From assembly GCA_028826165.1 (NCBI GenBank), contig JAPDFW010000081.1:806001-870000 (forward strand): a stretch of 64,000 nt of DNA. Direction: 5' to 3'. The translations under genes and the position numbers were made by a program. The notes beneath the pieces were generated by a model. That model worked only from the letters and a program-made list of their open reading frames with translations. It made no database searches and had not been told where the DNA came from. This document shows, piece after piece, positions 1 to 12,818 of the stretch (positions within the stretch are counted from its first letter, which is position 1; each line of letters begins with the position of its first letter). This DNA comes from Anaeramoeba ignava BMAN. Lineage: Eukaryota; Protista; Anaeramoebae.

Positions 1-180
1 TGAAAAGAAAAAAAAAATATCAAAAAAAATTTGAAAAAATTTGCAAATTTTAAATGAAGGATAAAAAAAGTTTTAAAATGCAAAATCAAAAGAAGAACAA
101 GAACAAGAACAAGAACAAATAATAATAATTATAATTATAAATGTATTTTGATTTTGTATTTTGATTTTTCTTCTTTTTGG

Positions 181-1454
181 TTAAATAACTGAAACAGATA
201 AAATAGAATTTGTAGATTTTAATATTGTAAGATCTTGATCAGAATTAATTTGGATTTTTGGAAGAGAAGATCCTGGAAAATAAATTTCCATTGAGAAATT
301 TTGTTGAGTTCGAAATCCAAATTTTTGTTGAAATTTCGCATGAAGAAGTTTAAGATTCTATTATTAATTTTTATTTTTAAATAAAATTTCAATTAAAAAA
401 ATGGTTTTTTTTTTTGGATTCTTACATTAATTTCAGATTCATGAAGAAAAAAAACTTGGGATTGATTCAGAATCTCAAAGTAACAAGGAATAAATTTATC
501 AATATGATTTGATGTCATATTTAGATGATTTACACTTGAGTTGACTGGGTAATTCATAAATGCATTTGTGTTTAGATTTGTGGGTGTTGCAAAGGATGAA
601 GTATTTGAATGATAAATTTCATTTGAAATTGAATTTGGAAGTTGTTTTTGTTGAACATTCTGTTGTTGTGAGTTATCAAATGCTGAAAAAGGAAGTTTAG
701 GAGTTTTATTTGGTTTTAAACATGAATTATTTATCTTCGAATAATTTGAAAGGATTGAAAGAATTGGATCATTTTTTGCTGTTGGATCATTTTTAATTTT
801 TTGGATTTTTTGATTTTGTTCTTCTTTTTGGATTTTTTGATTTTTTTCTTCTTTTTGGATTTTTTGAATTTGTTCTTCTTTTTGGATTTTTTGAATTTGT
901 TCTTCTTGTTGGATTTTTTGATCTTGTTCTTCTTTTTGGATTTTTTGATCTTGTTTTAATTTTGCAGATCTTGTAACTCTTGAATATTTTGAGATTCTTA
1001 AATCATTCAAATTTTCAGATTTCAATTCCAAATCTAATTCAGATTTTTTTGTTGTTGATTTTTTTGTTTTATGCTTTTTGTTTGTTGATTTTGTTTTAGG
1101 GATCTTGTTTGTATCTAAAGGATCATCAATTTGGATTTCTTTCCGTTTTTTTTTTTGCTCTTTGATTTTGGAAGGGGTACTTCTAGTTGTTCTTTTATTG
1201 ATTTTTTTTTTAACTTTTTTTTTTGATCTTGATTGACTCAAAAGAAGTTTTTTTTTTTGCTTTTCGATTGTTTTTTTATAGAAGCCTCTTGGTTTTGAAT
1301 TACCACGGATTGTTTGGGGTCTGTGTTTATCATGAGAATAGTAATAACAACCGCAAGCATTGCACAAATCTAAGTAATCTGGAGGTGGACCTCTTCTCCA
1401 CATTGGAGTATTTTGTGTAAAACAATTTGAACAAGTTCGAACTTCGTTATTCAT
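181..1454 (-). CDS. GATA zinc-finger transcription factor with PB1/ubiquitin-like C-terminal domain; 2 exons (intron 358-425)
   Basis: N-terminal CSNC-x19-CNAC with TPMWRRGP, then a basic region. GTAAG donor at 425 and AG at 359/358 join in frame to the exon NLKLLHAKFQQKFGF...INSDQDL...VI*, with TAA at 181-183. Confidence 0.85.
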
Positions 1455-3053
1455 TTGATTAGAGAAATTAATTTGAAAAATTTTTTTTCTTTATTTTAAA
1501 AAAAAAATAAAGTAAAGATAGGAAAAAAAACAAGTAATAAAAAAAAATAAAGAAAAAGAGAAAGATAAAGATAATAAAGAAAATAAAAGAGAAAAAAAAG
1601 ATAAAAAGTGTTGAATAATATAATAAAAATAAAAAAAAGTGTATTGGTAACAAAAGTAAAAAAAAAAGGTTGTGAAAAAAAAAACGTGAGAAAAAATTGA
1701 TGGAAAAAATAAATTTTAAAAAAAAAAAAAAAGAAAATTTTTTTGTTCTGTTTTTTTTTTTAATTTAAAAAAAATTTTTTTAAACAACCCATAATAAAAA
1801 AATAATAATAAAAATAAAAGAGATAAAATCATTTAAAATTGATCATCTACAAAACAAATAATTTTATTTTATTTAAAACTTATATTTGAGTAATAAAAAT
1901 AAAAATAAAAACAAAAACAAATAAATAAAAATTTTTAATTTAAAATTTTTAATAAAAGTTTTAATTAAATTTTTTTTTTTTTGGATTTAAAAAATAATTG
2001 AGAAATCGAGAGATTGTATTCAATTGTTTGTTAATTGTTGATATAACTTCTTTTAAAATCAATGTTTAGGGGATCTAAATTTGAATTATTATTTCCTTTT
2101 AAAATATCCCCTAATTTAACAAATCTTTAAAGACAAAAAACAAAACTTTTTAATTTTAATTTATATTTTATATTTTTAAATTAATTAAAAACAGAAATGA
2201 TCAAAAAATAAATTAAATTAAATTAAATTAAAAATTAAATTTAAAAATAAATTAAAATTAAATTATAAATCTTGATTGCTATTTTGTCTTTTATTTATTT
2301 TTAAATTTAATTTAATAAAATTTAAATTAAAAAAAAATCAATCAGTAAAAAAAAAAAAAAGCAAAAAAGCAAAAAAAAAAAGGAAAAAATTAAGAAATTT
2401 TGAGTTATTGAAAATTTAATAAAAAATTTAAACAAAATTAATTAAAAATTTAAAAAAAAAATAAATAAAATTTAATAGTTAAAAAAATCCTATTCGGGGG
2501 TAGTTAATTTAATCAAATTATTTTTATTAATCATTGTTTAATTTTTGAATAATTTAAATTTTCCTTTTAAGAATTTTCCCTTTTAATTTTCTTTTTGATC
2601 TAAGTTTTGTTTTTAATTAATTAATTAATTAATTAATTAATTAAAATAAAATTTCTATTTAAATTTTATTAATTCAAAGTTGGAAAATTTCTATTTAAAT
2701 TTTTATTTAATTTTTAATTAATTCAAAGTTGAAAAATTTAATTTAGGGGTGATTATCCAAAAAAATCAATTTCAAATAGCAAAATTAACAAAAGAAAATT
2801 TTTTGGAAACTTAAATTGAAATCCTTTTAAAAAGTTTTATTTTGAAATTTGTAATTTTAAATAAATAAAATTAATTAAAAAATTCAAATTAATTGTTTCA
2901 TCAAATTTAATTTAATTTATTTTATTTTAAGAAATAAAAAAGATCAAAAATAAAAAAATAAAAAATAATAAAAAATAAGTAATTATGATGTTTTGTTTTA
3001 ATTACAGTTGAAATGATACTCTTTTTTTTTTAAAAAATCCTAAATTAAATTAT

Positions 3054-6000
3054 TTAATCAAATTTAGAGCAAAATCTACAAAAAAAATCTTCAGTTGAAT
3101 GAACATAATTCCAAGTACTTTTTCTTGTATTAATAACTCTTTCCAATCGATTACAGTTAATAGCACCAATAAAAGCATTTTTTTTGTAGAATAAATTTAA
3201 ATGAGGCAAAAACAGAATATTTTTTAATTGAATATTTTTTAATTCTGTATTTTTTAATTCTGTATTTTTTAATTCTGAATATTTTTTAATTCGATATTTT
3301 TTGATTCGATATTTTTTAATTGAATATTTTTTAATTCTGTATTTTTTAATTCGATATTTTTTGATTCTGTATTTTTTAATTCTGTATTTTTTGATTGAAT
3401 ATTTTTTAATTCGATATTTTTTAATTGAATATTTTTTAATTCTGTATTTTTTGATTCAATATTTTTTAATTCTGTATTTTTTAATTCGATATTTTTTGAT
3501 TCAGTATTTTTTAATTCAGTATTTTTTGATTCAATATTTTTTGATTCTGTATTTTTTAATTCAGTATTTTGTTGCTCATTAATTTCTAGAAACTTATCAA
3601 AAATAATATCTCCAAAAACTTGAAAATTTTCAGGAAAATGGATTTGATCTGAATCAGGTTCAATAACGGAAAACTCAAGTACTTTTGCTGGTTCTTCATT
3701 GTGTTTATCTTTTGTAGATCCATCTGGGATCAATGATATTTGGTAAATATTGTGATCCTTGAGTATTGATTTACAATGAGAAAGATAAACATTTGGCTGA
3801 ATTAATTCTTTTCTTTTTTCATATATCAATAATTCCACCAATTGTTTATTGCGTTTACCGAACATGATCTGCATCATGGATTCGAAAGCTGATCCGATTA
3901 TCCTATCCAAAAAATAAAGCCTTGAAGGATTGCGGAAGAGCTGCTTGCATTTTTGCTTGTGTTGTTGGAAATTGATCTTCTTTGACAAATATTCCTTTAA
4001 AGTTTGATAAAGAATTGCTGATGAGTTACGTTTTGTATGTGTGTGTTTTTGAGCACGTGATGACTTTGAATGTGATATCTCTCGCAATTGTGTTTCGAGA
4101 TCCATTTTAGCTTCAAAAAGCCTTGAATAGAATTCTCCATACAGTCTAAAGAACAGATAAAAATGCTTGCTTCCATAAAAGAGAGTTTCATTTTTTTCTT
4201 GTGGATTATTGGGTTGATTTATTAAGATCGGGCTTGCTTTCTTTTCCTTGAGCCAATGAACATTTGAGGAGTTGCCATGTTGAACTGTAAATTGTGTGTA
4301 TGATCCAATTCGCCAGAAATAGATCAGAAACTCGTTATAGAAATTGACAATCCGATGCTTGATTAGTTCTAGATCGTTACTTGTTAATATTGTTTCATTT
4401 GAACCGGTTTTTTTTGACAAGATTCTTTTCATCACAACTCCGCATGGCTCATTTGGATGCTCAAAAGAACGGAGCGAAGAAATGTAGTTGAACGAGAACA
4501 TCAAAATATTAATGATGAATTTGTGGAGGTTATTGTCTTGCAAATTGTATTTGATTAACGGATTCATTTCGTTTTGATTTCCACTATTCATCCACTTTCT
4601 CATGTGAATATCTCCTAGCATGTCTGATTTGAATAGATCGCAAACATATTTTTGTTTATCAAAATAAAAATATTTTTGATGAGTAAAAAAAAAATATTTT
4701 TGATGAGCAAAAAAAAAATAAGTGGAATAAAAAAATTTTTTCTTTTTTACATTTGAATTGGAAAAATTTTTGTTCGTAATCTTCAATTTCTTCGAGATGA
4801 TGCTGCTTGACATCTTTTGTGCTTTTTGAGTTTCGGATCTCAATTTCTTGTTTTGTTTTACTTTCTAATTCTATTAACTTCTTGATTCTATTTCTCAGAC
4901 GTTTGGTGATTGTTTGGATTGCAACGGGTGGCCTATTTGTTAATTCTCTAATAATATCATCTGTTTTATTTTGATAAATAAACCTCAGATTTTCTATGTT
5001 TGTTTTATTGTTTTTGAATAGGCTTAAAAAAAGATTGAAAGATGTTGAAAAATTGATTTTTTCATTAAGTTTTTCAAGTTCAATTATCAAAGTGTGGTTG
5101 TCTTGAATACTTGATTTCAATTGTTCTAATATTATTTTAAGTTCAGAAACGCTAATTTGGTTTAAGTTGCTTTGGGAAATTTGAGTTTCTGGAATTATGT
5201 TTTTTGTTTGCAAATTTTGGTTTTCCTGAAACAAAATTTAATTGTAATTTTATAAATGAATTTTAATTTTAATTTTAATTTTAATTTTAATTTTAATTTT
5301 TAATTTTAATTTTAATTTTAATTTTAATTTTAATTTTAATTTTATTTTTAATTTTAATTTTAATTTTATTTTTAATTTTAATAAATGAATTTTAATTTTA
5401 ATAAATGAATTTTATTTTTATAAATGAAATACCTTTTCATTTTGGATTTCGCTTTTTGAAGAAATCTCGCTTTGCTTGTCCATTTCAAAAATTTCTGAGA
5501 TTTGCTCAAATAATAACGAATTTGCAGGCAAAAGATCCTCCAATAATTTCATCAAACTCGTCTTAGGAATGACTTTCTTGATAAATAGATTAATCAAATT
5601 AAGAAAGTCTTGATAATCAACCGGATCCAAATAAGATTTAACAAAACGAAATCTTTCTTTCAATTTTGGAGTATAAGAAAAATCAGCTGATGAATTAGAT
5701 TTTTTGTTTTTTTCATGAGAAGAAAAACTATCCAAATTTTTTTTTTGATTTTGATTTTGATTTTGATTTTGATTTTGATTTTGATTTTGATTTTCAAGTT
5801 CGTTTTCTTCCATTTTTCTTGAATTTTGATTATTTTCATCCTGAAAATTGGATTGCTGATTTTCTTCATTGTTAATATTTAAAGATTCATTTGGAAAGCA
5901 TTGAATAAACTCATTCATCAACTCTATATTTGGGCCTATTATTGAATTTACCCTTGAAAGAAGTTCTGGAAAGTTTATTTCTCTTTGCTGATAATTTCTG

Positions 6001-7664
6001 AAAAGATCCATAAATTGAGCTGCTTTTTCAGGCTCAAGTTTTTGGTAAATTTGCTTCAGTTTTGTTTGGGAAATATCTTGTGAATTTTGCTGCGTTTCTT
6101 TCTGAGCATTTATTTCGTTTGTTAGAAAATTATGGAATTTCTCAATTAATTCTTTGTGACCAGCGAATAATTTATTGATTTTTTGCAAAACAATGTTTAA
6201 TTCAATTTTTTGTGTTTTGAAATCTTTCATAACTTGCAAAAATTGCTCAAAAATCTGTGGTTTATCTTGGAAGTGTTCCTTGACTTCATCCAGATAATCG
6301 ATAGCGAACTGGAATTTATTGCTTGATTTAAATTTTTCATATGGACTAAAATCAAAAAAAAAATTAAATTAAAAAATTAAATTAAAAAATTGAATTAAAA
6401 AAAATTGAATTAAAAAATTGAATTAAAAAATTCTTACGGCTCTTTGTTTTCGGTAATAAAAGTGGGTGTTGCATATTGGTTCGGTAATTGATTATAAGGG
6501 GGTGCGTTATTCGGTAAATTATAAATTGCCTTTTGTGGTTGTTGTTGATAATAAGGGAAAAATTCCATCGGAAAATTTGGAGGGTTTCCACTCCGATTTT
6601 GAGGAATTGGATAATAAAAACTGCGTGAGTAAGAATGTTCGTAAAATTCAGGATTTAGATTATGTGTATAAAAATTGGGTTGCTTTAAATGAGGGAAGAA
6701 ATGTTGTGGGTGAAAAAATGTTGTTTGTAAATTTGTTGATTGAAAAGGATTATTTTGTTGTAAATTATTTTGTTGTAAATTATTTTGTTGAAAATCATTA
6801 TTTTGTTGAGAATCATTATTTTGTTGAGAATTATTATTTTGTTGAAAATCATTATTTTGTTGAAAATCATTATTTTGTTGTGAATCATTATTTTGTTGAA
6901 AATCATTTTGTTGTAAATCATTTTGTTGAAAAGGATTATTTTGTTGAAAAGGATTATTTTGTTGAAAATTAGGATTTAAATGAGATTGTGATTGAGAATG
7001 TAATTGTGATTGAAAATTATTTTGTTGAAAATCAGGATTTGAATGAGAATGAAATTGATTTTGTAACTGATTTGATAATTGATTTTGTAATTGATTTTGT
7101 AATTGGGGTTGTAATTGATTTTGAAATTGATTTTGTAATTGGTTTGGAAATTGATTTCGTAATTGATTTGATAATTGATTTGGAAATTGATTTTGTAATT
7201 GATTTTGTAATTGATTTGGTAATTGATTTTGTAATTGATTTGGTAATTGATTTGGTAATTGATTTGGAAATTGATTTGGTAATTGGGGTTGTAATTGATT
7301 TGGTAATTGATTTTGAAATTGATTTGGTAATTGATTTGGAAATTGATTTGGAAATTGATTTGATAATTGATTTTGTAATTGATTTGGTAATTGATTTGAT
7401 AATTGATTTGGAAATTGATTTGGTAATTGGGGTTGTAATTGATTTGGAAATTGATTTTGTAATTGATTTGGTAATTGATTTGGTAATTGATTTGGTAATT
7501 GGTTTGGTAATTGATTTGGTAATTGATTTGATAATTGATTTTGGTAACTGTGGTTGTATTACGATATATCTTGAGTTGATCAAGGGTTGTTCACTAAAAG
7601 GGTTTATGTAATTTGGCTTTTCTTCATTTCTTGTTGGTTGACTAAATGGGTTGTTTCTTTGCAT
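3054..7664 (-). CDS. SIN3: Sin3-like paired amphipathic helix corepressor (divergent); introns ~6346-6437, 5226-5432, ~4624-4750; apparent 1-nt frameshifts near 7540 and 3270
   Basis: Three PAH-like repeats (AIDYLDEVKEHFQDKPQIFEQFLQVMKDFK...LFAGHKELIEKFHNFL), the segment NRPPVAIQTITKRLR, and Sin3a_C-type motifs FYGSKHFYLFFRLY...YSRL and LERVIN...YVHSTEDFF. Q/N-rich repetitive N-terminus. Confidence 0.8.
3215..3570 (-). repeat. 15-nt coding tandem repeat (KNTEL/KNIES pentapeptides) within the Sin3 C-terminal region
   Basis: Repeated units such as ttttttaattctgta and ttttttgattcgata. Confidence 0.85.
6745..7545 (-). repeat. 12-nt (NQLP/NQLS/NQFP) and 15-18-nt (QQNNDF) coding repeats in the Sin3 N-terminus
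   Basis: Tandem gtaattgatttg and gaaaatcattattttgtt units. Confidence 0.85.
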
Positions 7665-8014
7665 TTGAAATTTGTTTTATTTTGCTTTATTTTGCTTTAT
7701 TTTGTTTTATTTTTATTTTATTTTGTTGATAAATGAATAAAATTGATCTGATTTAAAATTTAATTAAAAAATTTAAAAAGAAAAGGAAAGGAAAAGTAAG
7801 CAAAAAAAAAAGAAAACTTATTATAATTATTTTTATAACAAAGAATTGGGGGATCCTAAGAAAAAAAATGTTATTTTTTTAATTTAAAAAAAAAATTTTA
7901 TTTTATTTTTTTTTCTCCTTTTTATTTTTTTTTCTCCATTTTTAATTTAATTAAAAAAAACTTTTTTTCATTTTTTTTCTTTTTAATTTTTTTTCCTTTT
8001 TAAATTTTTTTTAA

Positions 8015-11000
8015 ATGAAATTTTTTCTTCTTTTTTTCTTAATAATTTCCCAAATTTTAGCTAAATATTGCGAAGACACAACTTGTCAACAAGAAATATA
8101 TGACACAACTAGCTATAAAGTTGGTGATGATTCTTGTGTTTTTATTCATGTAGAAAATAGTACTCATGAAACAAGAGCTATTTTTTATCCTATTGTTGAT
8201 CAATTAAGCATTCTTAATATTCCCGGCTGTGTGTCATCATTTTATCTTAAATGAAATATAATTATATATATAAATATAAATATAAATATAAATATAATTA
8301 TAAATATAAATATAAATATAAATATAAATATAAATATAAATATAAATATAAATATAAATATAAATATAAATATAAATATAAATATAAATATAAATATAAA
8401 TATAAATATAAATATAAATATAAATATAAATATAAATATAAATATTAAATATAAATATTTAATATAAATATTTAAATATAAATATAAATATAAATATAAA
8501 TATAAATATAAATATAAATATAAATATAAATATAAATATAAATATAAAATATAAATATAAATATAAATATAAATATAAATATAAATATAAATATAAATAT
8601 AAATATAAATATAAATATAAATATAAATATAAATATAAATATAAATATAAATATAAATATAAATATAAATATAAATATAAATACAAAACATAAACATAAA
8701 TATAAAATAAATATAAATATAAAATATAAAATATAAATCTAAAACAAAATATAAATATAAACATAAATAAAATATAAATATAAATAAAAAAACATAAAAA
8801 AATAAAAATAAAACATAAATATAAAACATAAATATAAATATAAATATAAATATAAATATAAATATAAATATAAATATAAATATAAATATAAATATAAATA
8901 TAAATATAAAATAAATATAAATATAAATATAAATATAAATATAAATATAAATATAAATATAAATATAAACATAAAATATATAAAATATAAATATAAAATA
9001 TAAAATAAATTATAAATATAAATACATATAAAATATAAATATAAATATAAATATAAATATAAATATAAATATAAATATAAATATAAATATAAATATAAAT
9101 ATAAATATAAATATAAATATAAATATAAATATAAATATAAATATAAATATAAATATAAATATAAAATATAAATATAAATATAAATATAAATATAAATATA
9201 AATATAAATATAAATATAAATATAAATATAAATATAAAATATAAATATAAATATAAAATATAAACATAAATATAAATAATAAATATAAATATAAACATAA
9301 AACATAAATATAAAAAAAAATAAATATAAATATAAATATAAATATAAATATAAATATAAAATATAAATATAAAATAAAAAATAAAATATAAATATAAAAA
9401 AATAAAAATAAATATAAATATATAAAAAAAATATAAATATAAAATATAAATATAAATATAAATATAACATAAATTATAAATATAAATATAAATATAAATA
9501 TAAATATAAAACATAAATAATAAATATAAAATCTAAATATAAATATAAATATAAATATAAATATAAATATAAATATAAATATAAATATAAATATAAATAT
9601 AAATATAAATATAAAATATAAATATAAATATAAATATAAAATAAATATAAATATAAATATAAATATAAACATATAAAATATAAAATATAAATATAAATAT
9701 AAATATTAATAAAATAAAAATAAATATAAATATATAAATATAAAATATAAATATAAAATATAAATATAAAATATAAACATAAATATAAATATAAATATAA
9801 AATATAACATAAACATAAATATAAAATATAAATATAAAAATAAAAATACATAAAACAAAAAACAAAATAAACATAAACAAAACAAAAATAAAAAATATAA
9901 ATATAAATATAAATATAAATATAAATATAAATATAAATATAAATATAAATATAATTATAAATATAAATATAAATATAAATATATAAATATAAATATAAAT
10001 ATAACATAAACATAAAAATATAAATATAAAATATAAATATAAATATAAATATAAATATAAATATAAATATAAATATAAATATAAATATAAATATAAATAT
10101 AAATATAAAATAAACATATAAAATATAAAATAAAAATAAAAACATAAAATATAAAATAAAATAAAAATATAAAAATATAAATATAAAAATATAAATATAA
10201 ATATAAATATAAAATATAAAATAAATATAAAAATAAAAATAAAATAAAATACAATATAAAATAAATAAAATATATATAAATATAAAATATAAACATAAAA
10301 TAAATATAAATATAAATATAAATATAAATATAAATATAAATATAAATATAAATATAAATATAAATATAAATATAAATATAAATATAAATATAAATATAAA
10401 TATAAATATAAATATAAATATAAATATAAATATAAATATAAATATAAATATAAATATAAATATAAATATAAATATAAATATAAATATAAATCTAAATATA
10501 AATATAAATATAAATATAAATATAAATATAAATATAAATATAAATACAAATATAAATATAAATATAAATATAAATATAAATATAAATATAAATATAAATA
10601 TAAATATAAATATAATTAATATTAAATTTAAATCAAAATTAAAAATTAATTTTATTAAGCTGGTTGTGAATATGGAGCTGACGTAAATACAACAGTTTAT
10701 ATTAGTATTAACGGAATAAACTCCACAAAAGTACATGTTTATGATACTCAAAGTTTTATTGGGTCATATACAGTATTCATAAAATTAGATCAAGGAAAAG
10801 TTGAAAAATTAATGTGGGATGACAGTTTAAGTTGTAGTGATTGTAATGGAGGATGTATTGATGGACTTTGCGCCTTGAAAGTAAGCGATTATAATAAATG
10901 TTATGATGAATCTCGTGATATCAAGGTATTTGTTGCTTGGATTGGTAGAGATAGTGATAAAAGATATCTCACAAGTTCTAATTCTGTTCCTTCTCGATTT

Positions 11001-11060
11001 CAACGTTATGGTGTTTCTTCAGCTATTTCTAAAGCTTCTGAAGTCCCAAATACAATATAA
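8015..11060 (+). CDS. Secreted Cys-rich protein of unknown function (resembles plant Expp1-like proteins); 2 exons, intron ~8229-10659
   Basis: Signal peptide [16 protein letters not shown]. Exon 2 from 10660 is open in frame to 11060 (GCEYG...[10 protein letters not shown]...[10 protein letters not shown]...YLTSSN...SRFQRY). Family resemblance is from recall only. Confidence 0.7.
8255..10615 (+). repeat. ~2.4 kb (TAAATA)n microsatellite filling an intron
   Basis: Directly visible hexamer array whose variants are almost all A/T/C on the + strand. Confidence 0.95.
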
Positions 11061-11198
11061 TTTTAATTTAAGATCTCAAATAAGTTTTTCTTTTTTTTTC
11101 AACATTTTGGAAATAAATCCATTTTTCTTTTCTTTTTTATTTTAAATTTTTTCCGTTTTGTTTTTTGCTTTTTTTTTAAAAAGAAAAACAAATTTGAA

Positions 11199-12743
11199 TC
11201 AATGAAATGTGAAAGAAGAAAAAAAGATGTATAAGAAAATAGCAATAAATGAAGCAATTGCGAATTCAATATAAAAGGGAATTAAAGCAAATACGAGATA
11301 TTTCAAACCAAATTGAAGATAACAAACAAGTAAAAATTCGAAAATAACAAAAGGGAAAGAGAAAAATATTGTAATAACAAAGAAGGTATTCAGCGTATCT
11401 ATTCTTCTACTTATTTCAAAAACACCTCGGTAAAAAAGAAAAGGAGCTACAGCAACAAAAAATAAAGGCAAGAAAATCAAAAAATAATTCAATCCAATTC
11501 TTCCATCCAATTTCAATCCAAGAAGAATCAAAAATATTATTGTTGAAATTTCAATTATTAAACTAAATATATAATAACCTCGATCGCCGAAGAAGTCTTC
11601 TTTTAAAATTAATGCTAATACTCCACTAAAAATCAAAGTAGGCATGAATATCATCATCCAAGAATTTTTGATATTTCCTCCACTTTTTAATCCAATTATT
11701 AAAATTTGGAAAAATAATAAAAAGGATATCATCGAAACAACCAAATTATATTTTTTCTTAGAACTTTCAATATCATAATGCGCTTTAGCTAAAAATAGAC
11801 ATGAAAAAGCCAAAATTGGAAGAAGTACAATCATCAAAACAGGTATTGGACTTGATTTTGAATGTTTGTCAACATGAACATTTAATGCAACGAGGAAAAT
11901 AAAAACGCAAAGAATAAAAAATACAAGATCACCAACGATAAAATTATCAATTTGCCGAAGAATAACATTTTTCCGAATATGTTCTTCATGTTTTCTTTTC
12001 AATTCTTCAAATCTTTCTTTTCTTTCTTTAAATATTTGATAAATAGATTTTGATTTCGAAATTAATTCATTTCTTGGATTTGGAGTTGATTCAATATATC
12101 TCGTCATGTAAGATCTATAATCATTTTCTGCAAAAAAATAATATTGATCCTCTGTTTGGCGAAGATTCTTTAATTGGTTAAACAATAAAGAAATAGAAGA
12201 TTGTTTTCGAATAAGTCTTTGGGGTTTTTTATCTATAAATGACTTGAGTTGTGGATTTGAATTAGTGATTTTGGGTTCTTCAATTATTCCATAAATTGGA
12301 ATATCATTTGCAGATCGATAAACTAATTGATTTCCTAAATAACGATAATCACTATAAGTTGTAAATTGAGGATCTTTCAAAAGAAAATATCTCCAATATT
12401 TAAATGACATATTTCTCCAACAATTAACATCTTGGGATAAATCATTAAATGTTTGACAAGTCATTGAAAGTTTTAATAAAGAACCAGGTGATAAAAATTG
12501 GAAAATATAAAGATGAACTAAAAAATTAGAATAATAAAATTAATAAATTTGATTTATTTATTTATTAAGAAAATATAAACCATCTTCTGGAAGCATTTCA
12601 ATAAAAAGGTTTTCTTGTTTTGGTGGTTTTTTTAATTTTTTTGGAACTTCACTCATTTCTCCAGTTTTTAAAAATTTAAAATTATCGTTTGTTATTTTTG
12701 CTTTTAATTTATCTCCAAATTTTTGTATTGTAAATTGTTCCAT
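11199..12743 (-). CDS. F-box plus TMEM185-like multi-pass membrane protein, copy 1 (intron 12518-12580)
   Basis: Spliced F-box LPEDVHLYIFQFLSPGSLLKLSMTCQTFNDLSQDVNCWR. About 8 hydrophobic helices with repeated LGLKLDGxI...IFxPLF motifs. Confidence 0.85.
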
Positions 12744-12818
12744 TTCTTTATAAAAGAAATGAAAGAGAAAAAAATGAAAAAATTTAAAATTGAGAAAAAA
12801 TTTTTATTGAAATAAAAC

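Noticed and set aside
1990-2130. Slightly more complex patch that could be a small minus-strand exon (FVKLGDILKG...)
   Set aside because: Only ~30 codons, with no identifiable start, partner exon or homology.
2614-2740. (TTAA)n palindromic run and an adjacent ~35-bp direct repeat, considered as a transposon footprint
   Set aside because: No terminal inverted repeats or transposase, and such runs are expected by chance at this AT content.
6466-7611. Plus-strand ORFs with VIDL/NHYFVE repeats and the minus-strand KSIT-repeat ORF
   Set aside because: These are antisense or shifted-frame shadows of the Q/N-rich Sin3 N-terminus.
8255-10615. (TAAATA)n as telomeric or interstitial telomeric repeat
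   Set aside because: There is no G-rich strand, the arrays are confined to introns, and different introns use different units.
8242-10751. Long ORFs of YI/LY/FI/KY dipeptides, and similar ORFs at 22257-23031, 28921-31194, 47531-48584, 57452-57957 and 63364-63585
   Set aside because: These are stop-free frames of intronic microsatellites. The flanking exons splice in frame around them.
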